Source of the DNA: Octopus sinensis
Taxonomy: Eukaryota
Length of the DNA: 64,000 nucleotides
NCBI RefSeq assembly: GCF_006345805.1
Contig: NC_043013.1
Coordinates: forward strand, 28,272,001 to 28,336,000
Direction of reading: 5' to 3'
Below the pieces are notes generated by a model that was not told where the DNA came from, searched no databases, and saw nothing but the letters and a program-made list of their open reading frames with translations. The translations under genes and the position numbers were made by a program. How positions within the stretch are numbered: the first letter of the stretch is position 1; every line of letters begins with the position of its first letter. This document shows, one piece after another, positions 49,207-62,525 of this stretch.

Positions 49207-51656
49207 TATACACATATACAGAGCTGGGCGTAAGTCCGTTAATCTGTTAATCCTTAATTAACAAAGTTAACATTTTCGTAAATGATTTAACTTCCAAGTT
49301 AACTTTGAAAATCATTATCGGACTAATTAACTTCTGTTACATTTAGCTAACTCAAGTCCATTAACCTCAAAATTTCATAAAAACAAGTAAACGTTTAAAA
49401 GTTTCTATTGTTTTCAGATTGTCTTAGCATATTTGATATTGTACGCGTCATTCTTTCAACCCCGATATAACGCCACTTATTATTATAAACAACTTGTAGG
49501 ACCTCGTTTAGCCCTGCCTGGATTTGAAACCAAATCCACCCGCTTGTTGCTTGCAAAGACAGCGGGAAATTGCTTTGTCCTGTCAAGAGGGGACAGTGAT
49601 TGATGTGTTTCAACTTGAGCAATAACCTCACTGAGGAGGGTGTCAACAGAGAAAATATTGACTTTCATAAAGTGGAAAAAATAAATGGAAGGAAAAAAGT
49701 TGGTAAATATTTTTTGGTGTGAATGTAAATATTTCGGTGTGAACACAAATATTTCAGTGGGAATGCAAATAGCTGTTACCTTGTAGCAGGGCATGCTAGA
49801 AATAGCAGCCAAATCTTTCCTTTTCTGGGAAAAAGAGCCGTTTATGTGCCATTTCAATGTCACATTCATTGAAAGCATGCAAAATAACCTTGAAAAGTAA
49901 AAAAGATCCACGAAAAACAAACCTCCATTGGTGGGAAACTTCGAGGTCCCCAGCACCCCTCCCACCTTTCTCTTCCAGAAAAAAAGTGGATTGTGGTGGG
50001 TTTGATACATTGAATGCATCAAAAAAAAAAAACTGTGGAAAAAAATTATTCCATATCGAGGTACAAAATATTTACTGAAAGAAAAATGCTTTTACCGATT
50101 TTCCCTGTATTTTAAATTAATTCAAATGAATGTACTTCATCTTGAAAAGTGGCCAAATCTTTGTAGGTTGCCATCTGAGATAATTTTAATACCAAATCAA
50201 ACAGGTAGGATGCATTCAGAATTTCAGTTTTAGTGTTTATCCATAATGTTATTGCTTTTACACCTGTTAATTTAAATTTACTTGCTCATAAAATTCAAAT
50301 TCACTCAGTAAGATCAGCTAAAATTACATAACTATAAACCAGTGGTATATAAAGCACCCACTGACAAAATTGCAACTCTGTATGCAAAAAATTTACAAAG
50401 TTACAAGCAAATATTGTGGACACCCCTCTTGAACCTGAATAAGTCAAAATAATGTGAACAAACACGCATTACATCTGACAGGTTAATATGAGCACTAAAG
50501 ATGTTTTTAGGTGTTGTTTTTTCTTACACATGCACACATAACACGGCCTCGCTCAGTTGGGACTACATGTGTGTTACTTTGACATCATCGCTCCATAAAA
50601 TTTGTTTAGGTGAAGAAATATATTGAAAAATATCAATAGATGTATGAGTGAGAAAAAAACAAGGAGGGAGGTTTTGGGGATGTGCTAGAAACAACAGCCA
50701 GATCTCTCTAAAAATCACACATTTTCCTCTGAAATTATGAACAATATTTTTGTAAACCGAAACTGTTTCTCTCACGGGTTTTAAGTATGTAGTAAAAAAA
50801 AATGGCCAAAATCGTTTTGGACTGGGGTGTTGAGGGGGTGAAGGGAATGAAAAAATAAAATTTTGAAAATTTTCTTCTTTTTTTTTGTGAAAACATTCCT
50901 CCCACCATTCTGAAAACTTTGGTGAAAAACATTAGAAAAAATCCCCGCCGAAATGGAGAAGTTCCAAATTACATGGGCTGTCTGATCCGAAACTCAGTTT
51001 CCCGGAAACTCTCCACCGCCACTTACAAAAATTTTGCCTACAAATTTCTTTGTAAGCGTAATCTACACAGTCTAAAAGGTATTTGCACAAAATTTCATTC
51101 AGAAAGTTATGAGGGGGAAAATGTCAGGTTCTGAGAATTTTCCAAAACTCCTCTCCCCAGCTCCTCGGAAAATTCTTTTGCAACAAATCTTTACATCGTG
51201 TGACGGGTGGAAAAATACTCAGTTCTTCCCACTCAACGATCTCTTTACCCCGAGGCTGAACTGCAACCAAGGAAACTTGTCTACATAAAGTGCTTGCTGT
51301 CTGTGCTTGCCCATGTTGTTACTTATAAAACCCTTTAACGTGGGAAACTCTGGAACAAAATAGAATATTCTATAATAGGGGGGGATATTTCTGCAAGCTG
51401 ATTGGTTGATATTCACAGCAAGTCACCAGATCCTAGGTGGGGTCTAATACTAGTTACTAAAGCAGTAAGGTTTCGATTCCTGGCTTTGCTGCAGCACCAT
51501 AATTAAAATCAGTGTATGTAAAATGTAATTTTAATTTTGGTAAACATTAAGATTAGACTAAAATACTATAGTATACAGTTCACTCACAAAAGCAAACCAA
51601 AGTAAAAATGTTGAATAGGATTTTTAAAAAAATGCAAGTATTGATAATATCCTATA

Positions 51657-51875
51657 GGTGGCGAGCTGGCAGAAACGTTAGCACGCTGGGCGAAATGCGT
51701 AGCCGTATTTCGTCTACCGTTACGTTCTGAGTTCAAATTCCGCCGCGATCGACTTTGCCTTTCATCCTTTCGGGATCGATAAATTAAGTACCAGTTACGC
51801 ACTGGTTCGATGTAATCGACTTAATCCCTTTGTCTGTCCTTGTTCGTCCCCTCTATGTTTAGCCCCTTGTGGGTA
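51657..51875 (+). mobile_element. SINE family B, young full-length copy
   Basis: ggtggcgagctggcagaaacgttagcacgctgggcg... with flanks aatatcctat / aatattctat resembling a TSD. Confidence 0.9.
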
Positions 51876-54112
51876 ATATTCTATTTTGATTATCAATTTT
51901 AAATATTTCTATACTAAAACAAATAACGATCCTTTGTTTCAGTTCATTTTTTAATAAAGAAGGTGTCTAAATTTTGTTCACATTATCCAAGTGGTACAGA
52001 TAGAATCTAATAGTTGACATTGTTGCTAAGTAATGGAAATGCAGTCAAACAAGGAAAACGTAACTGTGTTTGAAAGCAGTTTTATAAAATTCTGTGAAAT
52101 CGTATGAAATGAAAATAAAACCTTTTGAATCAGAATAATTTAAATTTATTACCTAAAAGATGACAATTTCAGTTTCCTTTCGAATTTTTAAGCATTTTAA
52201 ACATTTTCACCTAATTTAAAAAAATTGTTTACATCTCCATAATATTTCTTTTTGATATATTTTTATAATTTCTTTTATAATATATCGTTCAAAAAACATA
52301 AAGCCAAATATACATATTGTGTTTTTCATAATTGATTAATAATTCTAATTCTCGTAAGGCTGAGAAATTAGCTTTCTATTAACCTTCCGCATCGGTAAGA
52401 ATTGTAACCAAACCGGACCGGATGTTAGGAATTATTGTACCCGGTGTTTTTCCCCTCTAATTGCATGTACTCTAGAATACAATATCATTTAATGTTGAGG
52501 ATATACAATTATATATATCTATTTTAAAATGGTTTTTAAATGTCAAGAGGACAGCTTTTTAACCGAGGTAAATCTATAAATTCAAGCCAATATTTTTTCT
52601 ATTAATATTTTTTATAATATTAATTGTACTTTGGTATTATAAAATCACTTAGTCAATTTTGTTTATTAATCAGTTTAAACTATTTTGTTTACTTAAAGTA
52701 TAAACTCCTCTCCCGTTGCTCTCTAAAAAAAGATGTTTTATTTCATTTATATACTTTTTCGTTCTTTTCAATTCTGGTTGAATAAAATTTATTATATTTT
52801 CTTATATAAGGGAAAAAAAAATTCAGATGTTTTGGTTGGGCACATTAAACATTCCGACTCGACAACATTAACCATTATTGAAAAACAATATTCATATTGG
52901 GAAAACAGACCCACCGGTCGGAGAAAATTGGAGTCTGACATGTGGGAAAAGTGAAAGTAAAGTTCTAAACTTATGGATGACCATTTTAAATAATATTTAC
53001 GTTGAAAATCTCAGATAATTCTTTCATACTAATATTTTGGATTTTGTTCTCCTATAATTCAATCGCGACGGTCCTTCGGTATTGATATCCAGTGTGTCGG
53101 TATGAAGAGACGATGTCAGTTACACTCTTTTTCAGCCTAGCCTCTTTATGTGCGATGAGGGTAGGTTGTGTGGGTGAATGATGTCCACCAAACCTCTAAA
53201 AATGACACAGGTGTGGTTATATGGTGAGCAGTTTGCTTTCCAACCACATGGCTCTGGGTTCAGCTCTATCGGCGTGACACATTGGGCAAGTATTTTCTAC
53301 AGCAGCTCCGAGCTGACGAAACACCGGCGCTAGTTTGTTTACGTCCCCCACCTCAGACTTAGCTGTTCGGCAAAATGATTGATAGACTAAGTACCAGAAT
53401 TTAAAAAAGAAAAAAACATGTACTGTGGTTGATTTATTCGACTAAACAGCCCAGGGCGGAGCTGTAGCGTGGTCGCAACCAAATGACTGAAACCAATAAA
53501 AGATATAAAGTAAAAACGAAAACAACCACATATCATATTCGACAATTGAAATTGGCATTAACCATTTTAAGGGCCTGTTGTAGCAAATAAGGAAGCCTAA
53601 TCAACATTTGGTGTTATTTCGGTGAAGTACATGTCTCACCTTAAGTGGATGTCACGAAATAAATAACACGTGTAGCTAATTTCTCAAAGATTAGTCTTCT
53701 GAAGGTTTATTCAATTATTTAACGTATTTATTTTCTAAAGTATGGAACAAAATATATATCCTTGTTTGAAGTTCTTTCACCTTTTAAACCTCAGCTGACC
53801 CTTATAATGACCAGAGCCGTTTCAGCTACGAATATATCGTCTTCTTAAGGATGTTAATGACTACGTAATTAAACATTAATTTTCCTTGTTTACGATTTGT
53901 GAGTGTAAGTTGAATGAGATTTGGCTGCTATCTCTAGCAAATCAAACGTCTGCGTTGAGGTTTATTCGTTGGTTAAGTAGGAAGAGTTTGTGTTTATGTT
54001 CTTCACAAGCCCTTCAAGACAGGTCAGCACAGTTAATATTCTCTTTGAACGTCACAGGAAAAACATAGACAGAGAGGGTTGACGTTCCATGGATGGAACG
54101 AAAAGGAAAGTA

Positions 54113-54539
54113 GTCGGCATACCTACACAATTGCGCCCCATTTTATTCCGCACCCCGTAACTTTCAGAAAAATTGGTATTTCGTAATGAAATTTTCTACA
54201 AGGATCTTTTAGCTGATGAAGATTTCGATTACATCAGAATTTCATGTTGAAAAAAAAAAAAAAAAAATTGGTGGGCGCCCACACAACATATACTGACACA
54301 TGTCTCCATAATTTTCTAAGAATTTAATAGTTTCATTTGGTAGATATATATATGTGTGATGTGTAGTCAGTATTTATGCGTCTGCTCATTAAAATAATTT
54401 TTTTTTACGTTAAATTCCAATATAATTGTAATCCACACCGTCTGAAAGAATTCGTAGAAAATTTCATTGAAAAATAACAATTCTTCTTAAAGTTATGGGA
54501 AACAAAATCTGTTGGGTGTACCTCTGAAAGTGTGCCGAC
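54113..54539. mobile_element. Fold-back MITE with about 100-bp imperfect TIRs
   Basis: gtcggca...ccgtaactttcagaaaaattggtatttcgtaatgaaattttctaca is mirrored by cgtagaaaatttcattgaaaaataacaattcttcttaaagttatggg...tgccgac. Confidence 0.7.
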
Positions 54540-54992
54540 CAAAAACATGCCAGACAAGTGTTCCTTTTAAGATGGGTATCGTTTGTTTGAGGGGGTTCGA
54601 CTGCTATTTCTGCGAGTCGAGTTACTGCGTAGAAATTAAGTTTTATTTATTTATTTATTTATTTTTTGTTCAAATCAACGTGTTCACACGAACCAACGAA
54701 GATGCCTCTACACAAACTATCGACCCGCTAAAAATAGCAGCTATAGATCTTTTCGGTTTGAACGGCAGTTTTTAAAAATAATTTCCACGTAACTTAACAC
54801 TTTTAAACTTTCGTCCTGTGTTTTGTCCCTTTATGTTTTAATTAATTTTTGTCAGCCCTTGTGGCCAATAAACGAATTAATTATTGTTTGTACATATTTA
54901 TTCTATTATAAATGCAAAACAACACCATGGAGGAATCGGCGTAAGCTTAAATAATAAACCGCGATAGGTGAACCGCGATATGACGAAGGATT

Positions 54993-55601
54993 ACTCTTTT
55001 ATACTCTTTTACTTGTTTCAGTCATTTGACTGTGGCCATGCTGGAGCACCGCCTTTAATCAAGCAAGTCAACCCCAGGACTTATTCTTTATGAGCCTAGT
55101 ACTTATTCTATCGGTGTTTTTTGCCGAACCGCTAAGTTACGGGGGACGTAAACGCAGTAGCATCGATTGTCAAGCAATGGTGGGTGGGTGGACAAACACA
55201 GACACACAAAACATATACACGCACACACACCTTATATATTCGACGGGCTTCTTTCAGTTTCCGTCTACCAAATCTACTCACAAGGATTTGGTCAGTCCGA
55301 GGCTATGGAAGACACTTGCTCAAGGTGCGACGTAGTGGGACTGAACCCGGAACCATTGGTAAGCAAGCTACTTACCACACAGCCATGCCTGTATATGTAT
55401 TTGTTGATTCACCAGAAGCTCTGGGGAGGGGATTAAGTCGATTACATCGACTCAGTGCGTAACTAGTACTTATTTAATCGACCCCGAAAGGATGAAAGGC
55501 AAAGTCGACCTCGGCGGAATTTGAACTCAGAACGTAGCGGCCGACGAAATACCACTAAACATTTCGCCCGGCGTGCTAACGATTCTGCCAGCTCGCCGCC
55601 T
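54993..55601 (-). mobile_element. Adjacent SINE A (54993-55391) and SINE B (55420-55601)
   Basis: Both match their family consensus on the minus strand, CpGs largely intact. Confidence 0.9.
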
Positions 55602-56118
55602 TCATGAGTGAAGGAAAGAAAAAAAAAAATTCTTTTCTTCTCTTCAGATCGTTCATTTCGTTGATCCCTATGATGTAACATTCATAAACATAATAGAAAG
55701 GACATGGAATTTTATCAAAAGTAGATATTGCATCATGCATGGAACTTAATTTTATCTTTTGCTTCTTTCAGTTATTAGACTGCGGCCATGCTGGGGCACC
55801 GCCTTGAATTTTAGTCGAACTTATCAATCGAGTGCTTATTCGTTTCTTTTGTCGAACCTCTAGCTTACGGTGATGTAAACAAAGCAAGACCGGCTATCAA
55901 GCATTAGTGGCAGGCGACAAACACAAAGAAGCGCGCTCATATACACATACACACATGCATTCGCGTATAACGGGCTTCTTTCAGTTTCCGTCTACCATAT
56001 CCACTCACAGGGCTTTAGTAGATAACTCTTGCCTAAGGTGTCACGCAGTGGGTCTGAACTCAGAAACTTATGGTTGGGAAGCAAGCTTCTTACTCCACAA
56101 TCACCACTGCGTTTTTCG

Positions 56119-56175
<57 letters not shown>

Positions 56176-56483
56176 TTGCGGGTGACTGATTTTATTGCAC
56201 TTTTCACTTTATTGTCCACCATTATAATATATTCATAAATTGAACGACTGCCATATATTGTAAGAATAATGTCAAGAGACTTTATGCAACTAATACTGCT
56301 GCAACATAACACAATATTTGGCTCAAGTAAGCAAGAGTAGGGGCTCATTATGTGACATATTTCTTAAAGGAAGCTGGAATCACCATGACTCTGGAAAAAA
56401 AGAAAAAAGAAGGAAAATAAGTTTTCGGAATTGTAGAATTAGCATACACCGTATTGCTCCAATCTGGAATTGGATTTTTTAAT

Positions 56484-56843
56484 CTCTTTTCTCTTTTACT
56501 TGTTTCAATCATTTGACTGCGGCCATGCTGGAGCACCGCCTTTAATCGAGCAACTCGACCCCGGGTCTTATTCTTTTGTAAGCCCAGTACTTATTCTAAC
56601 GGGCTCTTTTGCCGAACCGCTAAGTAACGGGGACATAAACACACCAGCATCGGTTGTCAAGCAATGCTAGGGGGACAAACACAAGCACATACGCATATAT
56701 ATACATATATACGACGGGCTTCTTTCAGCTTCCGTCTACCAAATCCACTCACAAGGCTTTGGTCGACCCAAGGTGCCACGCAGTGGGACTGAACCTGGAA
56801 CCATGTGGTTGGTAAACAAGCTACTTAGCACACAGCCACTCCT
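56484..56843 (-). mobile_element. SINE family A, young
   Basis: ctcttttacttgtttcaatcatttgactgcggccatgctggagcaccgcc ... cacagccactcctg. Confidence 0.9.
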
Positions 56844-58479
56844 GATGATGAAATCTAAATATTTCATCATCAATTAACGTCTGTCTTCCATGCTGGCATG
56901 AGCTGGATAGTTAGACAGGAGCTGGCAAGCCAGAGAACTGAATCCAGTCCCTCTGTCTGTTTTGGCGTGGTCTTTATGGCTGGATGCCCTTCCTAATGCT
57001 AGCCACTTTATAGAATGGACTGGCTGCTTTTTACGTGGTACCAACACCATGAAGTTTGTCTGGCATAGCTTTTGTATATAATGAAGTCACTAATTTTTTT
57101 TCAGATGGTTTGAAAATTGTCTTTGTATGACAAGGCTCAGTAGGAGCGATGGGGATGGCAAGTGCTCACTAAATCAATCTCGCTATCGTTGTCACTGAAA
57201 TAATCCTTTTGTTGAGAAATGGCATTGTGAAACAAAGAATGAAGAGCCAAGAGTGTAATTGAAATTTGTAAGTGAGCCAGGAATCAGTAAGTCTGATAAT
57301 ATCATTGTGGCAATTCATGAAGTGAAACCATATCTATTCCTTTTACTTTTTCCAAACATAAAATTGATCTCCTCCTTCTCTTTGGAACTGGGCAATTTCC
57401 AGCTAGAGTAAATAATTCTAGTGATATCACAAGGAAAATCGAAAACGTGATGTGGTTATTCAACAGCCAATAAACAAAATTTGTTTTGAGATGCTCTTTC
57501 ATTCATTCGGGGTTGATTAAATAAGTACCAGTTATGCTCTGGGGTCAATGTAATCAACTTACCCCCTCCCTTGAACTTGCTGGCCTTGTGCTAAAATTCG
57601 AAACCAATATTTGGAGATACTGAATGTTTACGTCCCAGAAACCTTTACAAACATGTTGATCTGTACGACTGTAAAATATATTTGGCAGTTATATCAGATT
57701 GAAGGAGAATCTTTAGGAGAAAATGGAAAATGTTTTGCCTTTAAATATGCTTCTCATTTTTGGATAATGCATTTCAGGAACATCGAAAAATGTTGAAATC
57801 TTTTTCAGTAGAACAGGGAAAAAAGGGAATGTCGGTTAACGGCGGTGGGGTTATCAGCCCAATCAACTTACAATTTTTTAATCGAATCTCATTTATTCAA
57901 AAAACTATTTTTTACTATCTCATATTTCTGTAATCATTAACGGTTAAAACACGAACTCGTCTATGTTTGTTTGTCCTTGTACCGTCCCCTGTGTGACAGA
58001 TAAAGAAAAAGTTCGTGAGGAGCTCCAATGGTTGTGATAAGATAATGTGATAGTAGTTTCTAATGATCTCCATTGGCATGTCGTCAAAGATTTTTTTTTA
58101 CATTTTAATTTTTTTGAAAGCAGCAACACCTGTTTGAGGAATAGGAATTATGGTCAATTTTATTAAGGGTCTTACTTTATCAGTAAAAGTGCTACCCACT
58201 TGTTATAAATTAGCAAATCAGGGATTTTCTTTTTTATGTTCCTTTCCAGAAAATGGGATTTAAAAACTTTTAAGAGAAAGCAGTCTATCAAGAATATGTT
58301 ATTTCGTGGTCTTCAATGCAATACCCAAATAATTTGATGCTTTTATTTTGTCCCTGATAAAGAGTTGCTGAGATTGTTTATACATGACAGAAATATCTAG
58401 ATTTCTGTGGCGATCTTCGTTATGACAGACGATGAGATCATCTAAATGATAGGTAGATTTAAGGTTAGTCTATCCAAAC

Positions 58480-59170
58480 ATGAACAAGCAAGAAAAAACA
58501 ACTACGTGGAATAAGTACAGTGTTATTGGACGCTCAGGAAAGAAAAGAGGATTTCACGTTTCGAGCGGAGCTTTTCATCAGAAATATAGAAAAAGTCCAA
58601 AGAAGAAAAGACGGAGGAAGAAAATGGGTAACCATTTTAGAGAAGAGAACCGCATGAGGCATTGCACTTTTAGATATCCCGCTTGCCTGGTCTACAAGAT
58701 AATTTGGTCTCATTACTTGAAAATCTACCGCTGCATTTATAAAGCCAAATAGAAGACTTGTATACTAATATAATTGTCTCATGGCATAAAAAGTAACGGA
58801 AGAATGATCTTTAATCGCTTTTGATAGTTGATTGAAGGCATATTTCATATTGATCTAACTGAAATGAAAAAAAAAAATTGATGCTTCGAATACTCGAGAA
58901 TTGTTTTCAAAAGTTGGTGACCAGTGTTTTAACTGCGAAGAGGGAGATACTGATTAAGAAGACATTTTGCCAATTCTTTTAGAAGTTGGTTGAATAGACT
59001 TAAGAAGCAACTCAAGGGCCTGTGCGTCAGACTTTCTTCGACAAATAATGCTGCAACTCAACATCCGGTTTAAATAAGGGAGAGAACTCGCCGTCATGTG
59101 ATACATCAGTAATTAAAGGAATGCAGAAACCGCACATCCATGTAGTGCGCGTTGGTTGTTCTTTCGAGTT
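58480..59170 (-). mobile_element. Probable Penelope-like remnant with degenerate hammerhead at 58551-58585
   Basis: Minus strand attt CTGATGA A AAGC-tcc-GCTC GAAA CG TG aaat (core intact, but a GUG triplet), followed by ttcctgagcgtccaataac as in the 34 kb copies. Adjacent sequence has a stop-riddled ORF-like frame I cannot assign firmly. Confidence 0.45.
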
Positions 59171-59346
59171 CCCTCTTTTTTGCTTTAGACACTTTACCAT
59201 TATAAGTTCGAACTGTGTTAATTTAGGTTAGCGTATAATCAGTATTGCTTAAGATATTAGTATTTATTTCATTTAAAGAGAAAGCTAATATTATTTCAAA
59301 ATAATAATGATGTATAAAAATAATAAAGGCTAAACCGAAAGGAATA

Positions 59347-59698
59347 TTGTTTATATTGAAAAAAAAAAAGGTGCGTGTGTGTGTGTGTGTGTGTGGGAGA
59401 TACAAAAGTGAAAACGAAAAATTTTAAACGTGGTGCTAGAAAAATAAATTGTCCACATGTCAGCGATGGGGTGTCCACGGGGCCGAAATAGCAGCCAAAT
59501 GATCACTCTTCCATTAATGTTTATATTGAAAAAAGAAAATGGTGTGTGGGGGGGAGATACAAAAGTGGAAAAGAAAAATTTAAAACGTGGTTACTTTAAA
59601 ATCTTAATATGAGCTAGAAAAATAAATTTGTCCACAAGTCAGCGATGGGGTGTCCACAGGGTCGAAATAGCAGCCAAATGAACACTCTTCCATTAATG
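59347..59698. repeat. Two-unit tandem duplication (about 172 and 180 bp)
   Basis: tgtttatattgaaaaaa...gagatacaaaagt...gtcagcgatggggtgtccac...gaaatagcagccaaatga.cactcttccattaatg occurs twice head-to-tail. Confidence 0.9.
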
Positions 59699-60951
59699 AA
59701 TGGAAAAAACAACAACAACACCAAAAAGAAAAAGATGACGCATGCATCGGCTGTTCTAGGTTTAATATATCTGGAACAAGATGGGATGGTCACAGTTAGA
59801 ATGTCGAAGCCGACGTGGAGCTCAACCACAACAAAATGTTATTTTTTTTTACTCTTAAAATTTTGACTACTATTCTAACATGAGTTATGTTTTCTTTAAT
59901 TCCCCTTCCTCGGTTCATTGCCAGGCACACACATATATAGATATGACGAGAGATTATTTTATGTAAGCATTTAATGCCGTATAATGTTATGTAAGAAGCA
60001 TACCAGCACGAGAAAACATACATACGTATGTACGTACATCTGTGTTCAGTGAAGTTATAGCGTCACCATCCCCTCTCCCCCACACCCTTGCTTGCAACAA
60101 AGAAAGAACCAAAAACGCCCACAGACATATACATTACAGAATAGTTCCGAGACGGTATCATTATGTATCTTAAGAATTATCATTAAAGATTAATTATAGT
60201 GTTTTTCATTGTGCATTGAGAGAGAGAGAGAGAGAGAGAGAGAGGTGTGTGTATTATGTAATATACAGATGTATGCGTGTATGTTCATTTACGTTTGTTC
60301 TTCGAAAAAAAAAATTGTTTCATTATTTTGCGGTCATTTATAGATATAGTTATATAGTTCTTAAATATGGTATCAGAGGAAATTATATTGTATATAAACA
60401 GCGTACTATCATAAAAGCAGAAATGATATATCACTTGAAAGTCTGTCGGTGGATATTCCGATAAAAAACAACAAACAAAAAGACAGTAGCAACAAAAAAA
60501 GACATGAAATAGATCAACCGCAAAGATTAGGATAACAGCGGCTAACAAAACTATTGATCTATCTCGATAAATTGTCTAAAATAAAATAGAATAAAATAAT
60601 GATGATGACGATAATAATAATAATGAAAATTATATTTCGAAGTCTCTCATATTTCAGCTATTGTTTTAGTAGATATTCCACCCTACCCCACTCGCAGCCA
60701 ATATTTGCGATAAAGCTATCATCGTAGAATTTTCATTGAAGTTATGTGTTTTCGAAATAGTTTTGGGTAGGTTGAGGTGGATGGTTCCATTTGTTGGTCA
60801 TTGTTGTAATGGTTAAGATCCCAGTTTCGAGTCTCTGTCTCTCTACTTCTCTCTCTCTCTCTCTCGCTGGATTAAACACTGCTAGACCCAAGTATGAAAT
60901 GATTAGCATTTCAAAATATTCTCCCCTCCACACACACACACACACACACTA

Positions 60952-61123
60952 CAGAGCCGTCTTAGCAGTAATAATAAAAGCCCCCGGGTAAATTAATGTA
61001 CTGGGTTCTTTTGTGTTAGATCTTGATAACAAGCCACAGCAGACTTAGATTATAATTAGACCCTTAGATCAGTGAGCCCCCCCGAGCAACAACCCAGTGT
61101 GCTCATGCTTTAAGATGGCACTG
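60952..61123. mobile_element. Old hAT-type MITE
   Basis: Ends cagagccgtctta / taagatggcactg are imperfect inverted repeats. No TSD recognisable. Confidence 0.45.
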
Positions 61124-62525
61124 CCCCATGCATCCACACACGCACAAGCACCTGCTCGAACACTCAGAGCTGAATGTTTTATCAAAACATTTGGAAAGAT
61201 AAATATCAAAATATCAATTCTGTTAGAGTTATCTCCCTTCTCAATAAATTGTCATTGATTTTGATGGCTTTTTCTGAAGTAATAAACTAAACGAAGTGCA
61301 ATTGTATTTATTTATATATTTATCAATTTTATCCACTTATTGTTTATTTTGTATATATTATTTATATATACAGTTTTATTATCACTTAATAGAATTTTTA
61401 TTATCATAATTCACAGAACTCGACAATTAAACTTATGAACTTCACTAAATTCACCTACTTGAAAACTAAATTTTTATATAATAACGTTTATGTACATATA
61501 TTTAAAAAATATATAAACAAACGAAATATATTTATTTTAAATTTAATGATAAAAATGATTTTTCTATATTTTCTATATAATATTTTTTTTTGCAATATCC
61601 CCCCTTTACAATTTTATATATCTATATGTTCGAATATATATCTAATATCTGTTGTTTTGGCTTTTATTATAATGCACCTTGCGTTTGTGTTATTCATGTA
61701 GCGAATAATAAAATTGTTATATAATTTGAATGTCAGGAACGTTGAACAACGACTGGCAATGTTTAGTTACGTCCCTTTAAATTCTGAGTTCAAACCGTGC
61801 TGGTATCTTTCCTTGTATCATTCATCCTCCTGGAGTCCATAGGATAGGTGGTTGCCAAATACTGTGGTCGATCGGAAGGATTCGGGTGGGTGGGGGTAGG
61901 GGGTTAAGAAGCTCACTTTAAAACCACGTGTTTTCGGGTTCCGTTCCATCGCCACACACGTTTGGGCAACACTGTCTTCAACTATAGCCCCGGGCCGACT
62001 AATGCCTTTGTGAGTAAATTTGGTAGACGGAAACTGTATGGAAGCCCGTTGTATGCGTGCATGTATGCCTGTGTGTGTATGTGTGTGCGTGCGCGCGTGT
62101 GTATGTCATTGTGTTTGTATTTCCCCCGCCCCCACGTCCCCGTAACTTAGCCGTTCGAGAAAAGTTCATATTCTACCAAGGTTGACTTTGCCTTTCGTTT
62201 CTTTGGGCTCGATACAGTATGTACCAGTTGTGCACTTGGGTCCAAATAATCGACTTAACTCCTCCCTACTAAAATTGCTGGTCTTGTGTCAAAGTCTGGA
62301 ACCAATATCTCTCTGTGGCCAGATATGTTTCTGCAGAATATGGGAAAGAAGTGATTTTCATTTACAACAATCATAACATTTTAAGAAAATGAGACACACA
62401 TACATGCATATACACACACACACACACATGCACATATGCACACGCAAACACACACATACACGCATCTGACAAATCCATTCACAAGACTTTGGTCAGGCCG
62501 GGGGTTATAGACAAGGACACTTGAC

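Noticed and set aside
49483-50022. 179-aa minus-strand ORF (and the 161-aa ORF at 24997-25482)
   Set aside because: No recognisable domain, composition typical of AT-rich non-coding DNA, and both overlap repeat fragments.
53156-53175. let-7-like string tgagggtaggttgtgtgggt
   Set aside because: It lacks two nucleotides of the let-7 seed region (GAGGUAG), so it is not a let-7 gene.
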